Assembly: GCA_963675595.2 (NCBI GenBank)
Contig: CAXXLZ010000001.1
Coordinates: 1,696,001-1,760,000, forward strand
Length of the DNA: 64,000 nucleotides
Reading direction: 5' to 3'
DNA from: Thermodesulfobacteriota bacterium
Lineage (GTDB): Bacteria > Desulfobacterota > Desulfarculia > JACQYL01
Below the pieces are notes generated by a model. That model made no database searches, was not told the origin of the DNA, and was given only the letters and a program-made list of their open reading frames with translations. Below are positions 45,323-55,536 of the stretch, piece after piece; position 1 is the first letter of the stretch, and each line of letters begins with the position of its first letter. A program made the position numbers and the translations under genes.

Positions 45323-46473
45323 TTCAGAGCCTGATGACCGATTCGGTAGAGAGCGTTGGCAAGGACCACTAGAAAGATTCCCGTAACTACGGCGGACGTT
45401 GTTTGACGCCCGACGCCCTCGGCCCCACCCCGAGTCTGGAATCCTCGCAAGCAGCCCACGCCGGAGATGAGCACGGCAAAAATCATACTTTTGATGGACC
45501 CGTGGACCACGTCCCACAGTTCGATGGAGCTCATGGTTTCGACGACATATCCGCTGAAGGAGATGTCGAGCATGGACACACCCACGATCATGCCTCCCGC
45601 AATGCCGACGACGTCGGCGTAAAGAGTCAGGAAGGGCATGACCACCAAGGTGGCGATCACCTTGGGCACGGCAACGAAGTGAGTGGGAGATATTCCCATG
45701 GTCGTCAATGCATCGATCTCTTCCGAAACCGTCATTGTCCCGATCTCGGATGCGAATGCGGAACCGGAACGACCGGCGACCATGATGGCGGTAATCAGCG
45801 GGCCCATCTCCTGCACGAAAATCAGCCCCACCAGCTTGGCGAGAAGGACTCCCACACCGTACTCACTTAGGGAAACCGCTCCCTGAAAACCCATGACCAA
45901 ACCCACCAGCAGGCTGATGAGGCCGATGATGGGTAAGGCGTCCACTCCAACGCGCTCCATGGAATTGACGACGTCGCCCCACCGCACTTTCGCCGGATGA
46001 CGCAAGGAGAAGCCGAACGCGTAAACCAATTCACCCACGAAGTTGATCTGAAAATAAACGTCCCTCACAAGTTGGATGGCGGCGTGCCCCAACCGGTCGA
46101 TCAGTCCGGAGTCTCTCCGCCTCGCCGGGATTCCCCGCTTTGCCGCCAGTTCATCCCAATCCACGAGTGAAAGCAGGCTCCCAATACGCTCCCCGGGGTT
46201 CACCAAGGTGAAGCCCAACCCCAAGTGCTTCGCTTCCCTCTCCACCGCCATGAGCGCCGAAAGGCCCGCACCATCCAGATAGCCGACTCCTGAAAGGTCC
46301 ATGTGGACCTCGCCGGCCGACTGTTCTCGGAGACTGTGAAGGCACGGCTTCAGAAAAGCCGGAACCGTGGCTTTGTCGAGCTTTCCCTTGACCGAAAGGG
46401 TCAGCACATGATCCGACGAGTTCACGTCCAGGTCAAAATCCTTGTGCTTGGAATCGGATGGAGCGGGACTCAT
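45319..46473 (-). CDS. mlaE: MlaE family permease with N-terminal STAS domain
   Basis: STAS (DLSGV.YLD.AG) followed by EMGPLITAI.VAGRSGSAFASEIGTM.V.EEIDAL and A.GVG..TTSAVV. Confidence 0.93.
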   Translation of the reverse strand: MSPAPSDSKHKDFDLDVNSSDHVLTLSVKGKLDKATVPAFLKPCLHSLREQSAGEVHMDLSGVGYLDGAGLSALMAVEREAKHLGLGFTLVNPGERIGSLLSLVDWDELAAKRGIPARRRDSGLIDRLGHAAIQLVRDVYFQINFVGELVYAFGFSLRHPAKVRWGDVVNSMERVGVDALPIIGLISLLVGLVMGFQGAVSLSEYGVGVLLAKLVGLIFVQEMGPLITAIMVAGRSGSAFASEIGTMTVSEEIDALTTMGISPTHFVAVPKVIATLVVMPFLTLYADVVGIAGGMIVGVSMLDISFSGYVVETMSSIELWDVVHGSIKSMIFAVLISGVGCLRGFQTRGGAEGVGRQTTSAVVTGIFLVVLANALYRIGHQALN

Positions 46474-47630
46474 GTCTGATCCGGATCGGACGAGGGCTGA
46501 GGATGGTGGACGGCGATCGATACCGGGACCAGTTCGTATCCTTCGCCTTTCAACCGGGGAACCATGTCCAGAAGCACCTTTCGCGTACTCGCTTTAGTGA
46601 TGTGTCCGATGGCGATGGGAACGACGGTCGATGAGGCTTTTTCCTTCAAGCGGTTCAAATGTGCTCGTACTTCTTTCTCACTGTCGTGGTTGTCAAGAAA
46701 AGGCACGATCCGCACGCCGTAAGGCACGCCGAGCCGCCTGGCCACCCGAAATCCCATGGTGTTGCGACCGGTCCAGCTGTCCACAAAGAGCAGTCCTCGG
46801 CTTTCCAGAAATTTCATCACCGTTTCCATCGTGGAAGCGTCCGAGGTCGCAATGGAACCCTGATGATTGTTAATTCCCACCGCATTTGGTAGAGCCTCGT
46901 ACCATTTGTTCAGGAGGCCCCAAATGCGGGATTCCGAATCCCCTTTTCGTATGAATTCCTTCTCCGTACATCCGGAACTCCCCTCAAAGGGCGCATGGAT
47001 AATCACCTCATTTCCGAGAACCGCGGCTTCGTTCATCACCTCTCTCGAGTAAGCGTGCCCAGGCAGAATGGCAATGTTGATTCCGGGGTCCAACTCCATG
47101 ATTTCTCTAACATCCTCTGTCAGACTATATCCGAAATCGTCCAGGATCAGGCAAATTTTCTTCAGAGACGGTCCGCTTCCTTCAGTCGGTATGGGTCGAG
47201 GTTCGGCTTTCGGCGCGGGTTCGATTTTCGTTTCCAGACCCGACGGAGCCGGTATGGACACCACCCGTATCTCCCGTTTTTCTTCATTCACAGGCTTCTT
47301 GGTAACGGAAGACCGCTTTGCAGCCGAGGCTTCGGGAATAGGCGCTTCAGCCCGGCTCTCTTTCCGAGGCCGCTCGTTATGAAGGGCTTCGGCGGCGACC
47401 CCCACGACTTTGCGACCCCGTTCCAGCCAGCGGTCCACGTGAGGTCGAGCCCAAAGGCCCGCGGAAAAACAAAGTCCGATGAGGACGAACAAAGCTCCAA
47501 CCCCGACGAACAGGGGCCACTTCTTTGAGGACTTTTTCTTTCTAGACGTCTTACTCCGAACGCGCGCCTTTGCAGCGACGGATCTCTTGCCGGTATTCGA
47601 GCTTGAGGTATTCTTTTTACGAGGAGCCAA
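46470..47630 (-). CDS. Divergent polysaccharide deacetylase (YibQ/DUF610-like), membrane anchored
   Basis: Basic N-terminus plus TM and linker; IL.DDFG, AILP, H.P.E, GINNHQGS, FVDS.T, FLDN and AIGH motifs; 4-nt overlap with mlaE. Confidence 0.87.
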   Translation of the reverse strand: MAPRKKNTSSSNTGKRSVAAKARVRSKTSRKKKSSKKWPLFVGVGALFVLIGLCFSAGLWARPHVDRWLERGRKVVGVAAEALHNERPRKESRAEAPIPEASAAKRSSVTKKPVNEEKREIRVVSIPAPSGLETKIEPAPKAEPRPIPTEGSGPSLKKICLILDDFGYSLTEDVREIMELDPGINIAILPGHAYSREVMNEAAVLGNEVIIHAPFEGSSGCTEKEFIRKGDSESRIWGLLNKWYEALPNAVGINNHQGSIATSDASTMETVMKFLESRGLLFVDSWTGRNTMGFRVARRLGVPYGVRIVPFLDNHDSEKEVRAHLNRLKEKASSTVVPIAIGHITKASTRKVLLDMVPRLKGEGYELVPVSIAVHHPQPSSDPDQT

Positions 47631-47707
47631 TGCGTTCAGCCTTGTCTTTCTTTAGTCCGATAAAAGAGTTCACAGATGATGGACAGGAATCAAACATATT
47701 TATTCTT

Positions 47708-49583
47708 GATGCCGTCGTAAGAACCCCCCTTTACGAACAGGGCTGTTTTTTGGAGCATTGGAAGTTCAAGCGGCCATTGCAACACTGCCAAGGTTACTGT
47801 CATCGTGACATAGGCTACAAAGACGACGGAAATTATCGTTGCTGCCTCCCTCTATCGAGTTGGAAAGGGCCTTCTTGGCCTTATCAAGGCGGCTCTGGAC
47901 GAACCTCTTGATGTTGATGGCCAGGGCCTTCATGAAAACAGATAAGGTGACCCGTTTTTTGCCTCGGGTCCACGATCGTTTCAATCCCGTGACCCGATCC
48001 GCTTCGGAGATGGTGGCCTCGATGCCGGACCGGATTTTGTAGCGTTCTTTGAAATCATGGCTTTCCTGCTGTAGTCTGCGCTTGGAGGTCGCCATGTCCT
48101 TGCGCTTGTACTTCAGTCGATAATTTCCGCCCTTGATCCGTTTTACCGGACAGATGGGGAGAAATTCGCATAGGAGACAGTGCTCGCGGGAAAACACGGC
48201 TTCCACCGCTTTGCCGCGGTCAACGATCTTGCATTCAAGTGGCGCGTGCCCCCGGATACAGTAAACGACCTGGGTGCAGTCCTCGTTCGTTTCAAAGTCA
48301 CTCAACTGCATCTTATTGAGATCCGGCGCTTTTCCGCAAGTCACCGGAGCGGTAAGCTCGACTCCGTGCTCGTGAGCTTGAAGGATGTTCTCGCCGCTGC
48401 CGTAGCCTGCGTCGGCGAACAACTCTTCGGGTTTGCGGCCCGTTTCCTCCAGGCGTTCGATAACGGGCATCACGTCTTTCTGGTCGCTGTCATAGGAAGG
48501 GGCCACGTCCACATCGGTGATCACCTGGAAGGGATTTTCCTTCACGCAGGTCTCCGTGAGGGAAGCCTTATATCCTTTGCCCTTGCGCCCATAGGTGGCG
48601 TCGGGATCCGAAGGATTCTGCAGGGAGTCCGCAGGGATTTCCTTGGGCTTCTCGAGTTCTGTTTTGTCGGGATCTCCCTCGGTGAAACGGCATTGCTCCG
48701 ACAGTAGTCGGGCCATCAGCCGGTATTCTTTCATTCGGCTGATTTCCGGATGACCTCGGAAGCGGTCCACCAGGTCGGCGAGATGGCGGGCGGACTTGTC
48801 CAGACGACGCTTGGCCCGCGATGATTTTGCATCGGCAAAATAGCCTGCGCGCTTCAAGTAGGCCTTGTCGTAAAGTCGGGGCAGTTTCTCATACAACTTG
48901 GGATGTTTCTTATGGAGCCGTTTCAAGAACGCCTCGATGGTGCGCGTAAAGAGCCCCAGACGGCTCAGATGAGCCATGTTGGAAGTGATCTGTGTGGAGT
49001 CCAACCGCTGTTTGTCCGTGCTAAGGGCCGCCGTCTCGATGATGGCGTCCGTGATTCCGGTAAAGAGGCTCCGCGCTTGCTTGTTGTCGGTAATCAAGGT
49101 CCGGAAATTGTGCAGGGTCTTCTGGCAGACGTGAGATTCAAAGGCGTTGATGTTGAAGGCATATTGCCAACGCAGATCGAAGTCCAGAGCGCCCAAGACT
49201 TCCGCATCGGTCAGGCTGTTCATTTCCTTCAAAACACACGCTCCGACAAGGATGGCCACGGGTCTGTTGGGCCTGCCGTTGTCCTCACAGTAGAAAGGCC
49301 GGAAAGACTCCTCATCGATCATGGGAAGCACCAGGCGCCGGAACGGACCGGCCCACGTCTTCTCCAACGCCTCGATCCTGTCTGCGGGAAGGCAAATATC
49401 GTGGTCGAAAATGGTCTTTTGCGTTCTCTTAGGCCGAAACAAAACAACCCCCCTAAGGACCATATTATTAATCAAGTCAGATACTTATCATACAGGACCC
49501 AAAAGAAAGGTCAACCCATAAATGCCATTTTTATTCATATTTTCAACTAGATACCTTTACGGAGAGGTTTTTACGAACTCATC
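47708..49583. mobile_element. Complete insertion sequence (1876 bp; IS1182/IS5-like DDE)
   Basis: Imperfect TIRs GATGCCGTCGTAAGAACC and GATGAGTTCGTAAAAACC (14/18); direct repeat ATTCTT on both flanks (47702-47707 and 49584-49589). Confidence 0.9.
47766..49442 (-). CDS. DDE transposase (DUF772-like N-terminus, DDE_Tnp_1_6-like C-terminus)
   Basis: GRP, DST, D.DATY..K..GYK, ADAGY, CxxC..CP and YKIRSGIEATISE motifs; uninterrupted ORF, probable TTG start at 49442. Confidence 0.92.
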   Translation of the reverse strand: MFRPKRTQKTIFDHDICLPADRIEALEKTWAGPFRRLVLPMIDEESFRPFYCEDNGRPNRPVAILVGACVLKEMNSLTDAEVLGALDFDLRWQYAFNINAFESHVCQKTLHNFRTLITDNKQARSLFTGITDAIIETAALSTDKQRLDSTQITSNMAHLSRLGLFTRTIEAFLKRLHKKHPKLYEKLPRLYDKAYLKRAGYFADAKSSRAKRRLDKSARHLADLVDRFRGHPEISRMKEYRLMARLLSEQCRFTEGDPDKTELEKPKEIPADSLQNPSDPDATYGRKGKGYKASLTETCVKENPFQVITDVDVAPSYDSDQKDVMPVIERLEETGRKPEELFADAGYGSGENILQAHEHGVELTAPVTCGKAPDLNKMQLSDFETNEDCTQVVYCIRGHAPLECKIVDRGKAVEAVFSREHCLLCEFLPICPVKRIKGGNYRLKYKRKDMATSKRRLQQESHDFKERYKIRSGIEATISEADRVTGLKRSWTRGKKRVTLSVFMKALAINIKRFVQSRLDKAKKALSNSIEGGSNDNFRRLCSLCHDDSNLGSVAMAA

Positions 49584-49775
49584 ATTCTTGGGTCTCAGGT
49601 CATCCCTGTCAAGCAGTATCTTGTAATCATGAGGAAACGTTAAAGATAAACAATAGAAAGTCACAAAACTTGGTCGGATTTAACCAATTTATACGGAAAG
49701 ATTATCTATTAAAAAACTAATTTCGCTTTGATCGACCGACTGTAATCAATCACTCCACTGTTTCGCCTATATAGA

Positions 49776-51425
49776 CTAATCAATGATAAATCCAGGAGGA
49801 AGGCTCCGGCCTCCCTTATCTTGTTTCTCTTCAGGCATTTCATCCGGAACGAATTCTTCCTTCATGCCTTCTTCAGCGTGAAATACCAGGCCGTACGTCC
49901 GGGCGTGCGACTGATAGGAGCCTGAGGACAGCCGGACCTCTCCGTGGGGTGAAACCCGGATTGCCGCGTTGCCCAAAACCGGGCATTTTTGCTCGCAGTA
50001 GCCGCATCCGTTGCATCGCGACTCGTTTACATAAGGAACGGAGTTCGTGTTCGCCCTGACCCCCCGCATGACGATGGCGTCGTAAGGACATATCTCATCA
50101 CAGATCAAGCACTTACGATCTTCTTCCCACGCGATGCAGCGGGAACGATCAATGTAGGCGCTGCCGATCTTCGCGTATTTTTTCTCTTCAAGACTCAAAA
50201 AGCGAATGGCTCCGGTGGGGCAAACTTGTCCGCAGAGATTGCAGCCCTGCTCACACCCCGCGTATCGCGCATGGGTCTTCGGAGACCAGAGTCCGTCCAC
50301 ACCGGCCTCGAGCAAAACCGGCTGTAGGGTGTTGGTGGGGCAGACCTTCATGCATTCGCCACATCCGATACACCTCCGTACGAACTCCTCTTCGGGTACG
50401 GCACCCGGCGGACGAATCAAAGTGGAACGTCGGTCTATCCGTATCGACGACTCCCCATGTACGGAATCCAACTCCACGATGGCGAGAAGGCCCGCAGCAA
50501 TCCCGGAGGCGCCCGCCGCCAGCACTCTTCTCCTCCCCAGGTCCAGCGACACGCTTTTCTCCGGTTTGGACGGCCTTGAAAAATCAATGGCTCCCTCCGG
50601 ACAGAGGTCTCTGCATTTCAGGCAAACAATGCACTCCCCGTGTGCGGTTACGGTGGGGTCCTCTTTGATGGCGCCCATGGGGCATTTCCGAATGCACAAC
50701 CCACATTGAGTGCACTTCGCATCCACATTCCGTCTGAGCAGGGGCCGTCGGGAAAACAAAGCCATAAGGGCTCCGGCGGGACAAATCGTTCGGCACCAGA
50801 ACCTGGACTGTATTCGACCCAGAAGAAGAATTCCCAGGAAAAGGAGCATCGAAAGAAACGCGGTGCCGAAGTGAACCTGGTCGATTTGCGCATACCGTAA
50901 CCACCCGAATCCCGGGAGCGCGGACAGAGCGTCCGTCAGCGCCAAACCCAACCTGCCCAATTGGAGCAAGACCGGATAAACGACAAGCACATAGGACCGC
51001 GTGACCAAAGCCAAAGGTGAAAGAAGAAATGTGTAGGATACCCCCAACACGGCGGCACACAGTAGGGCAACCAGGACGAGATACTTCCAGCGACAAGACT
51101 TGAGTTGCGAGGGACCGGCGTTTCGAAAAGCTCTTCCTGCGGGCCTGCAGATGAAGCGATCGCTGAAATCGATGGTCGAGCCCAACGGGCAGACATAACC
51201 ACAGAAAAAGCGACCTACCACCAACGACACCCCGAGGACCGCGAAGCCCCATGCAGGAGCTCCGATCCACGTCCTCGCGGCGATCATCGTGGAGACCGAA
51301 ACGAAGGGATCAAGCCTCACAAACAGGTCTACAGGTACCCACCCCGGGAGCGGATAGGTCGCACGCCACAGAAGAAAGATGAAACAGCCGAAAAGGACGA
51401 GTTGGACGATTCGCTGAAATCTCAA
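49776..51425 (-). CDS. Membrane polyferredoxin (NapH/MauN-like fused to NapG/MauM-like)
   Basis: GRFFCGYVCPLG and RFWCRTICPAG motifs, several CxxCxxCxxxCP clusters, IRPPGA..EEEF...CI.CG.C..VCP. Confidence 0.88.
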   Translation of the reverse strand: MRFQRIVQLVLFGCFIFLLWRATYPLPGWVPVDLFVRLDPFVSVSTMIAARTWIGAPAWGFAVLGVSLVVGRFFCGYVCPLGSTIDFSDRFICRPAGRAFRNAGPSQLKSCRWKYLVLVALLCAAVLGVSYTFLLSPLALVTRSYVLVVYPVLLQLGRLGLALTDALSALPGFGWLRYAQIDQVHFGTAFLSMLLFLGILLLGRIQSRFWCRTICPAGALMALFSRRPLLRRNVDAKCTQCGLCIRKCPMGAIKEDPTVTAHGECIVCLKCRDLCPEGAIDFSRPSKPEKSVSLDLGRRRVLAAGASGIAAGLLAIVELDSVHGESSIRIDRRSTLIRPPGAVPEEEFVRRCIGCGECMKVCPTNTLQPVLLEAGVDGLWSPKTHARYAGCEQGCNLCGQVCPTGAIRFLSLEEKKYAKIGSAYIDRSRCIAWEEDRKCLICDEICPYDAIVMRGVRANTNSVPYVNESRCNGCGYCEQKCPVLGNAAIRVSPHGEVRLSSGSYQSHARTYGLVFHAEEGMKEEFVPDEMPEEKQDKGGRSLPPGFIID

Positions 51426-52333
51426 GCCGAGACCTTCTTCACGTCCAGATTTCCAATGTCCATTCGGCCAAGTCCGCGTTCATGGGCTTGCCGGATGTGC
51501 TTGACCTGACCCGGCTCGAATTTCCGACCGTACCATTCGCCCAACGACACCGTCAGCGCGTCCGCGGTGACAAAATCGGCGGATGCGATCACGGTGTTCA
51601 ACTCGATGACCTTGCCCGGGCCGCCGGGACCCCGTGTGGACAAGAGCCGTGTGGCATCCACAACGGAAAGGTGAGGACGAACCGCGGAGCACAAATCCAC
51701 GATAGCCGTGTGCAGGTCGTATCGCCAATGGAAAACCGCCCGGTCGTAGATCACGCCCATGAGGTTTTTCATGCTCAGGCTCACTCCCGCCGAGCTGTGA
51801 CACTTAGCCACCGGAGCCGAGATCAGCACATCCGCCTCCAACACATCCTTCATCACTCTGGTGCTCTTCAGATCAACGCCTTCCGGCACCTTGATTTCCC
51901 GGAAGAACTTTCGGTCCTGAAGTCCAAGGACCGATGTATCGGGGAAGAGCTCGCACGCACGGGCCAGCCCGCTCTTTTCCAGGCACAGCTCGACATCCTT
52001 CAAAGGATTGTCCAGAACGAGCACGCGGGAGGCTCCCGAGGAAACACATTGCGCGACGAGTTCTTTGACCACTTCGGGATGAGTGGTGGTCGCCCAACTC
52101 GGGGGGTTGGAAAAGCTCATGTTAGGTTTAACAACCACTTTATCCCCCTTCTTCACAAAGCGGGACATCCCCCCAAGACCGTCCACCGCAGCTTTCACGG
52201 CAGCCGAAGGACTCCCTTGGGCAAGCACGGCATACGGCGTGGTCCCCATCGATCCATCATCCGCCCAAGCCGACGGCACAACCGTTGCCGCCGCCATCAG
52301 CGCTGAATTTCGCAAAAAATCGCGTCTCTTCAT
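51422..52333 (-). CDS. DUF362 domain protein with Tat signal
   Basis: MKRRDFLR twin-arginine; LGGM.RFV..GD.VVVKPN, T.P.VV, P.AK.H and SLSMKNLMG motifs. Confidence 0.9.
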   Translation of the reverse strand: MKRRDFLRNSALMAAATVVPSAWADDGSMGTTPYAVLAQGSPSAAVKAAVDGLGGMSRFVKKGDKVVVKPNMSFSNPPSWATTTHPEVVKELVAQCVSSGASRVLVLDNPLKDVELCLEKSGLARACELFPDTSVLGLQDRKFFREIKVPEGVDLKSTRVMKDVLEADVLISAPVAKCHSSAGVSLSMKNLMGVIYDRAVFHWRYDLHTAIVDLCSAVRPHLSVVDATRLLSTRGPGGPGKVIELNTVIASADFVTADALTVSLGEWYGRKFEPGQVKHIRQAHERGLGRMDIGNLDVKKVSA

Positions 52334-52509
52334 CGTTTCTCCATCTTCTCGGCCCGTCCGCTAGCCGCTTCCCTCGGGCGAGCAGGCAACACCATTGGAA
52401 TTCGAGCAACCAGCCCCTCTATATTAACACGGAATTGTCGAGAATGTTTAAAGGTGCAGCGGATGAAGCTTCCCGTCCCGTCCCCGGCGCTTTAAAAACG
52501 AACGCAACG

Positions 52510-52531
52510 AAAAAGGGGGCTTTCGGCCCCC
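52510..52531 (-). terminator. Intrinsic terminator after the TRAP permease
   Basis: Minus strand GGGGGC-CGAAA-GCCCCC-UUUUU. Confidence 0.75.
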
Positions 52532-52557
52532 TGCAAGCGAGCAAAGACCAAATGCCC

Positions 52558-54282
52558 CTATGCTCTCACAAACACCCGCTTCAACGGCTGCCACCATGCA
52601 AGACTCAAGAGATAGGCGTACAAATAGGTCCCCACGGCGATCAGCACGAAGACTTTGACAATGTCCCACGTATCACCCTGCAGAGTGAAACCGGGGACAT
52701 AGCCGAACAGGAACGGGCCCAGATAGAGAAATTTCGCGAACTTGAACGAGCTGAAGGCGGTTTTCCACATGTTGGCGCCGGCGATGGTCGCACCGGCAAA
52801 GGCGGCAATACAAACCGGAGGCGTAATATTCGAGTCCTGAGACAACCAATAGACAATCATATGTGACGCGACTTCATTCACACCAAGATGGGTCAGGGCC
52901 GGAACAGCCACAACCGCGGTAATCAGGTAGGCAGCCGTGACAGGCACACCCATGCCCAGGATGAGGGACGCGAGTGCGATGAGAAGAATGGTGAGGAACA
53001 GCTTTCCGCCCGCCAACTGGATCACAATGTCCGCGAACGTCAGGATCAGACCGCTAAAGGTGAGCACCGATATGATGATGCCGATCACTCCAACGGTGGC
53101 GCCGATTTTCAGACTGCTCGCCGCGCCCGATCGTGCGGCTTCCACGAAACGTTTAGGTCCGATGCGGGTTTCCTTGTTGATCCAACTGATCACGATACAT
53201 GAAAAGATTCCGGCAATGGCGGCGAAGCCCGCGGAATAACCTTTGAGCATGATCACCGTAATGAGAACCAGCGGAAGAATGTAATACCATTCCTTTCTGA
53301 AAATCTCCCACGCCCCGGTTTCGTGTTTGGCTCCCCGTATGTGATGGATCTTCGCCTCATAGTGCACCATGACAAAGACACTGAGAAAGTACATGAGCGC
53401 CGGGAAAATCGCGATGAGCATGATCCGGGAATAGGGAACTCCCGTAAGCTCCGCCATGATGAAACCGCCCGCCCCCATAATGGGCGGCATGAACATGCCG
53501 CCGATGGAAGCCGCCGGCTCCACGGCTCCGGCCACGTGTGGCCTGAATCCCGCCTTTTTCATCAGGGGAATAGTGAAGGCTCCTGTGGAAACCGTGTTGG
53601 CGATGGCACTGCCGGAAATGGAACCGAACAGCGCGCTGGCGATCACCGCCACTTTGGCCGGTCCTCCGGTCCTGTGACCCACCGCAGCCAAGGGAAAATC
53701 GATGAAAAAACGTTGGGCGCCGGATTTTTCGAGAAAGGCTCCGAACAGGACGAAGAGCAGTACGTAAGTGGCCAGGACATTGGCCATAATGCCGAAGACC
53801 CCATCCGCCTTGAAGAAAATGGTGGTGCACAGGCCTCGTAACGTGTCTCCCGGATGCGCGAAAAGCTCCGGCATATAGGGTCCGTAAACCCCATACAGGA
53901 TCATCAGGACGCCGATAATCACGAACACCGAGCCCACGACCCTTCGCGCGACTTCAATGCCGATGAACACCCCGACGACGCCGACAAGCATATCCGTGGA
54001 AGTCTCAGCGCCGGCCCGGTAGGCGATGGCTTCGAAGTTGACCATCCAGTAAATCACGGTGACCATGGAAAGCGCCATCAGGACATAATCCCAGATTCTC
54101 AAGCACCACGTCTTGGATCGATGAAGAAGAAACACCAAAACGTAGGTAATGAAAACGTAAACTCCACGATGGAACTGCGTGGCCGCAGGCTCCACCACGG
54201 CCGAGTAGGAATAGAAGACCACGAAGACCACCGCGAGAATATCGAAAATCACCTTTTCGACTCGATGCAAATTCTCGTACAC
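52558..54282 (-). CDS. TRAP transporter fused permease (TAXI type)
   Basis: GGPAKVAV.AS..FG.ISGSA.AN, EPAASIGG..MPPIMGA, LGMG.P.TA.Y and ITPPVC.AAF motifs. Confidence 0.93.
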   Translation of the reverse strand: MYENLHRVEKVIFDILAVVFVVFYSYSAVVEPAATQFHRGVYVFITYVLVFLLHRSKTWCLRIWDYVLMALSMVTVIYWMVNFEAIAYRAGAETSTDMLVGVVGVFIGIEVARRVVGSVFVIIGVLMILYGVYGPYMPELFAHPGDTLRGLCTTIFFKADGVFGIMANVLATYVLLFVLFGAFLEKSGAQRFFIDFPLAAVGHRTGGPAKVAVIASALFGSISGSAIANTVSTGAFTIPLMKKAGFRPHVAGAVEPAASIGGMFMPPIMGAGGFIMAELTGVPYSRIMLIAIFPALMYFLSVFVMVHYEAKIHHIRGAKHETGAWEIFRKEWYYILPLVLITVIMLKGYSAGFAAIAGIFSCIVISWINKETRIGPKRFVEAARSGAASSLKIGATVGVIGIIISVLTFSGLILTFADIVIQLAGGKLFLTILLIALASLILGMGVPVTAAYLITAVVAVPALTHLGVNEVASHMIVYWLSQDSNITPPVCIAAFAGATIAGANMWKTAFSSFKFAKFLYLGPFLFGYVPGFTLQGDTWDIVKVFVLIAVGTYLYAYLLSLAWWQPLKRVFVRA

Positions 54283-54310
54283 GTTTCATCCCATGCCGGA
54301 AGTTGTACAG

Positions 54311-54340
54311 AAAAAAGGCGGCAGGTTGAACCTGCCGCCT
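54311..54340 (-). terminator. Terminator/stabilising hairpin between the TAXI binding protein and permease genes
   Basis: AGGCGGCAGG...CCTGCCGCCT perfect stem followed by a U-run on the minus strand. Confidence 0.8.
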
Positions 54341-54357
54341 CGTACCCGCTCTCAGGG

Positions 54358-55320
54358 TTATTTTAGGACGCCCTTCTCCTTCCAGAACTTCTCGGCACCC
54401 GGGTGCAAAGGAGTGACCACTCCTTTCACTCCGCCCTCGATACTCATTTCTTTAGCCGATTTGTGTACGCTGACCATGTATTCCAAGCCCTCGGGGCTGA
54501 ACACGGTCTCAAGCAATTTGTAAACCACGTCTTCGGGAACCTTGCTGTTGGCAATCCATAGAGTCGAATCCTGGAAAGTGTTGACGTCTTGGTCCTGGCC
54601 TTTGTAAGTCCCCGCGGGAATCACCACCCTGGAGAAGTAGGGATATTTGGTGAAGAAGTCCACCTCTTCCCCGTCTTTGTAGGTGTTGAGCAGCCTTACG
54701 TCTACCTGGAGCGCAGCCTCGAGCACTGCGGCGTTGGGGAAGCCCGCGAAAACCCAGAAAGCGTCCAGTTGTTTATTCTTGAAGGCATCCGCCGCCGCCC
54801 TATATCCCAGAAAATTCTGGTCTATGTCCTTCCATATGCCCAACGCGCTGAAGAACAACTCGCAGCTGGCGGCCGCTCCTGAGCCCGCGTTACCGACCCC
54901 GACCCTTTTGCCTTTGAGATCTTTGGATTTCATGATGTCCGAGTCGGCTCGGACCACCAACTGAGCAGGTGCCCCATAGAAGTAGGCAAGCGCCAGCACG
55001 TCCGTATATTTCTTGTCGTCCTGCTTCAGCATGCCGTTTCGCGCTTCAAAGATGTTGCCGGAATAAGCCACGGCGAATTGGGCTTTGCCTGAGTTGACCA
55101 AGCGTACGTTCTCCACGGATCCTCCCGAGGAACTGGCGAGCATCTTGATCCCGGCCTTCTTGGCAAGCGTAGCCACTGCGCTGGCATAGTATTGGAAAGT
55201 CCCGCCGGACGGACCGCCGGAAAATTTGTACATGGCGGCAAAAGAGCTTGAGGAAAAGGTAAGGAAGATGGTTGACAAGGTGATTACGGCGAGAACGAAC
55301 CAAAATTTCCGGGCCTTCAT
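54358..55320 (-). CDS. TAXI family TRAP solute-binding protein (copy 1)
   Basis: GGP.GG.F, SGGSVEN, DLKGKRV.VG..GSG and PLHPGA.KF.KE.G motifs. Confidence 0.93.
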   Translation of the reverse strand: MKARKFWFVLAVITLSTIFLTFSSSSFAAMYKFSGGPSGGTFQYYASAVATLAKKAGIKMLASSSGGSVENVRLVNSGKAQFAVAYSGNIFEARNGMLKQDDKKYTDVLALAYFYGAPAQLVVRADSDIMKSKDLKGKRVGVGNAGSGAAASCELFFSALGIWKDIDQNFLGYRAAADAFKNKQLDAFWVFAGFPNAAVLEAALQVDVRLLNTYKDGEEVDFFTKYPYFSRVVIPAGTYKGQDQDVNTFQDSTLWIANSKVPEDVVYKLLETVFSPEGLEYMVSVHKSAKEMSIEGGVKGVVTPLHPGAEKFWKEKGVLK

Positions 55321-55536
55321 AAACTTCCTCCTATTTTTTAGCGCTTACATCAGTGGCTGGGGCTCAAACCGCCTCTCTTTCCCTTCATAGATTAAATACA
55401 AAAAAATAGTTAGCTCTGCAAGAGAAAAGCTGGAACAACCGCCGCAATCCGTTGTCCGGGCCACGGTCCAGGACGACGAATTAGTTCCCTGAAAGGAACC
55501 ACCCTGATCCCCTGTTACTGCTTTCAACTTTTCTAC

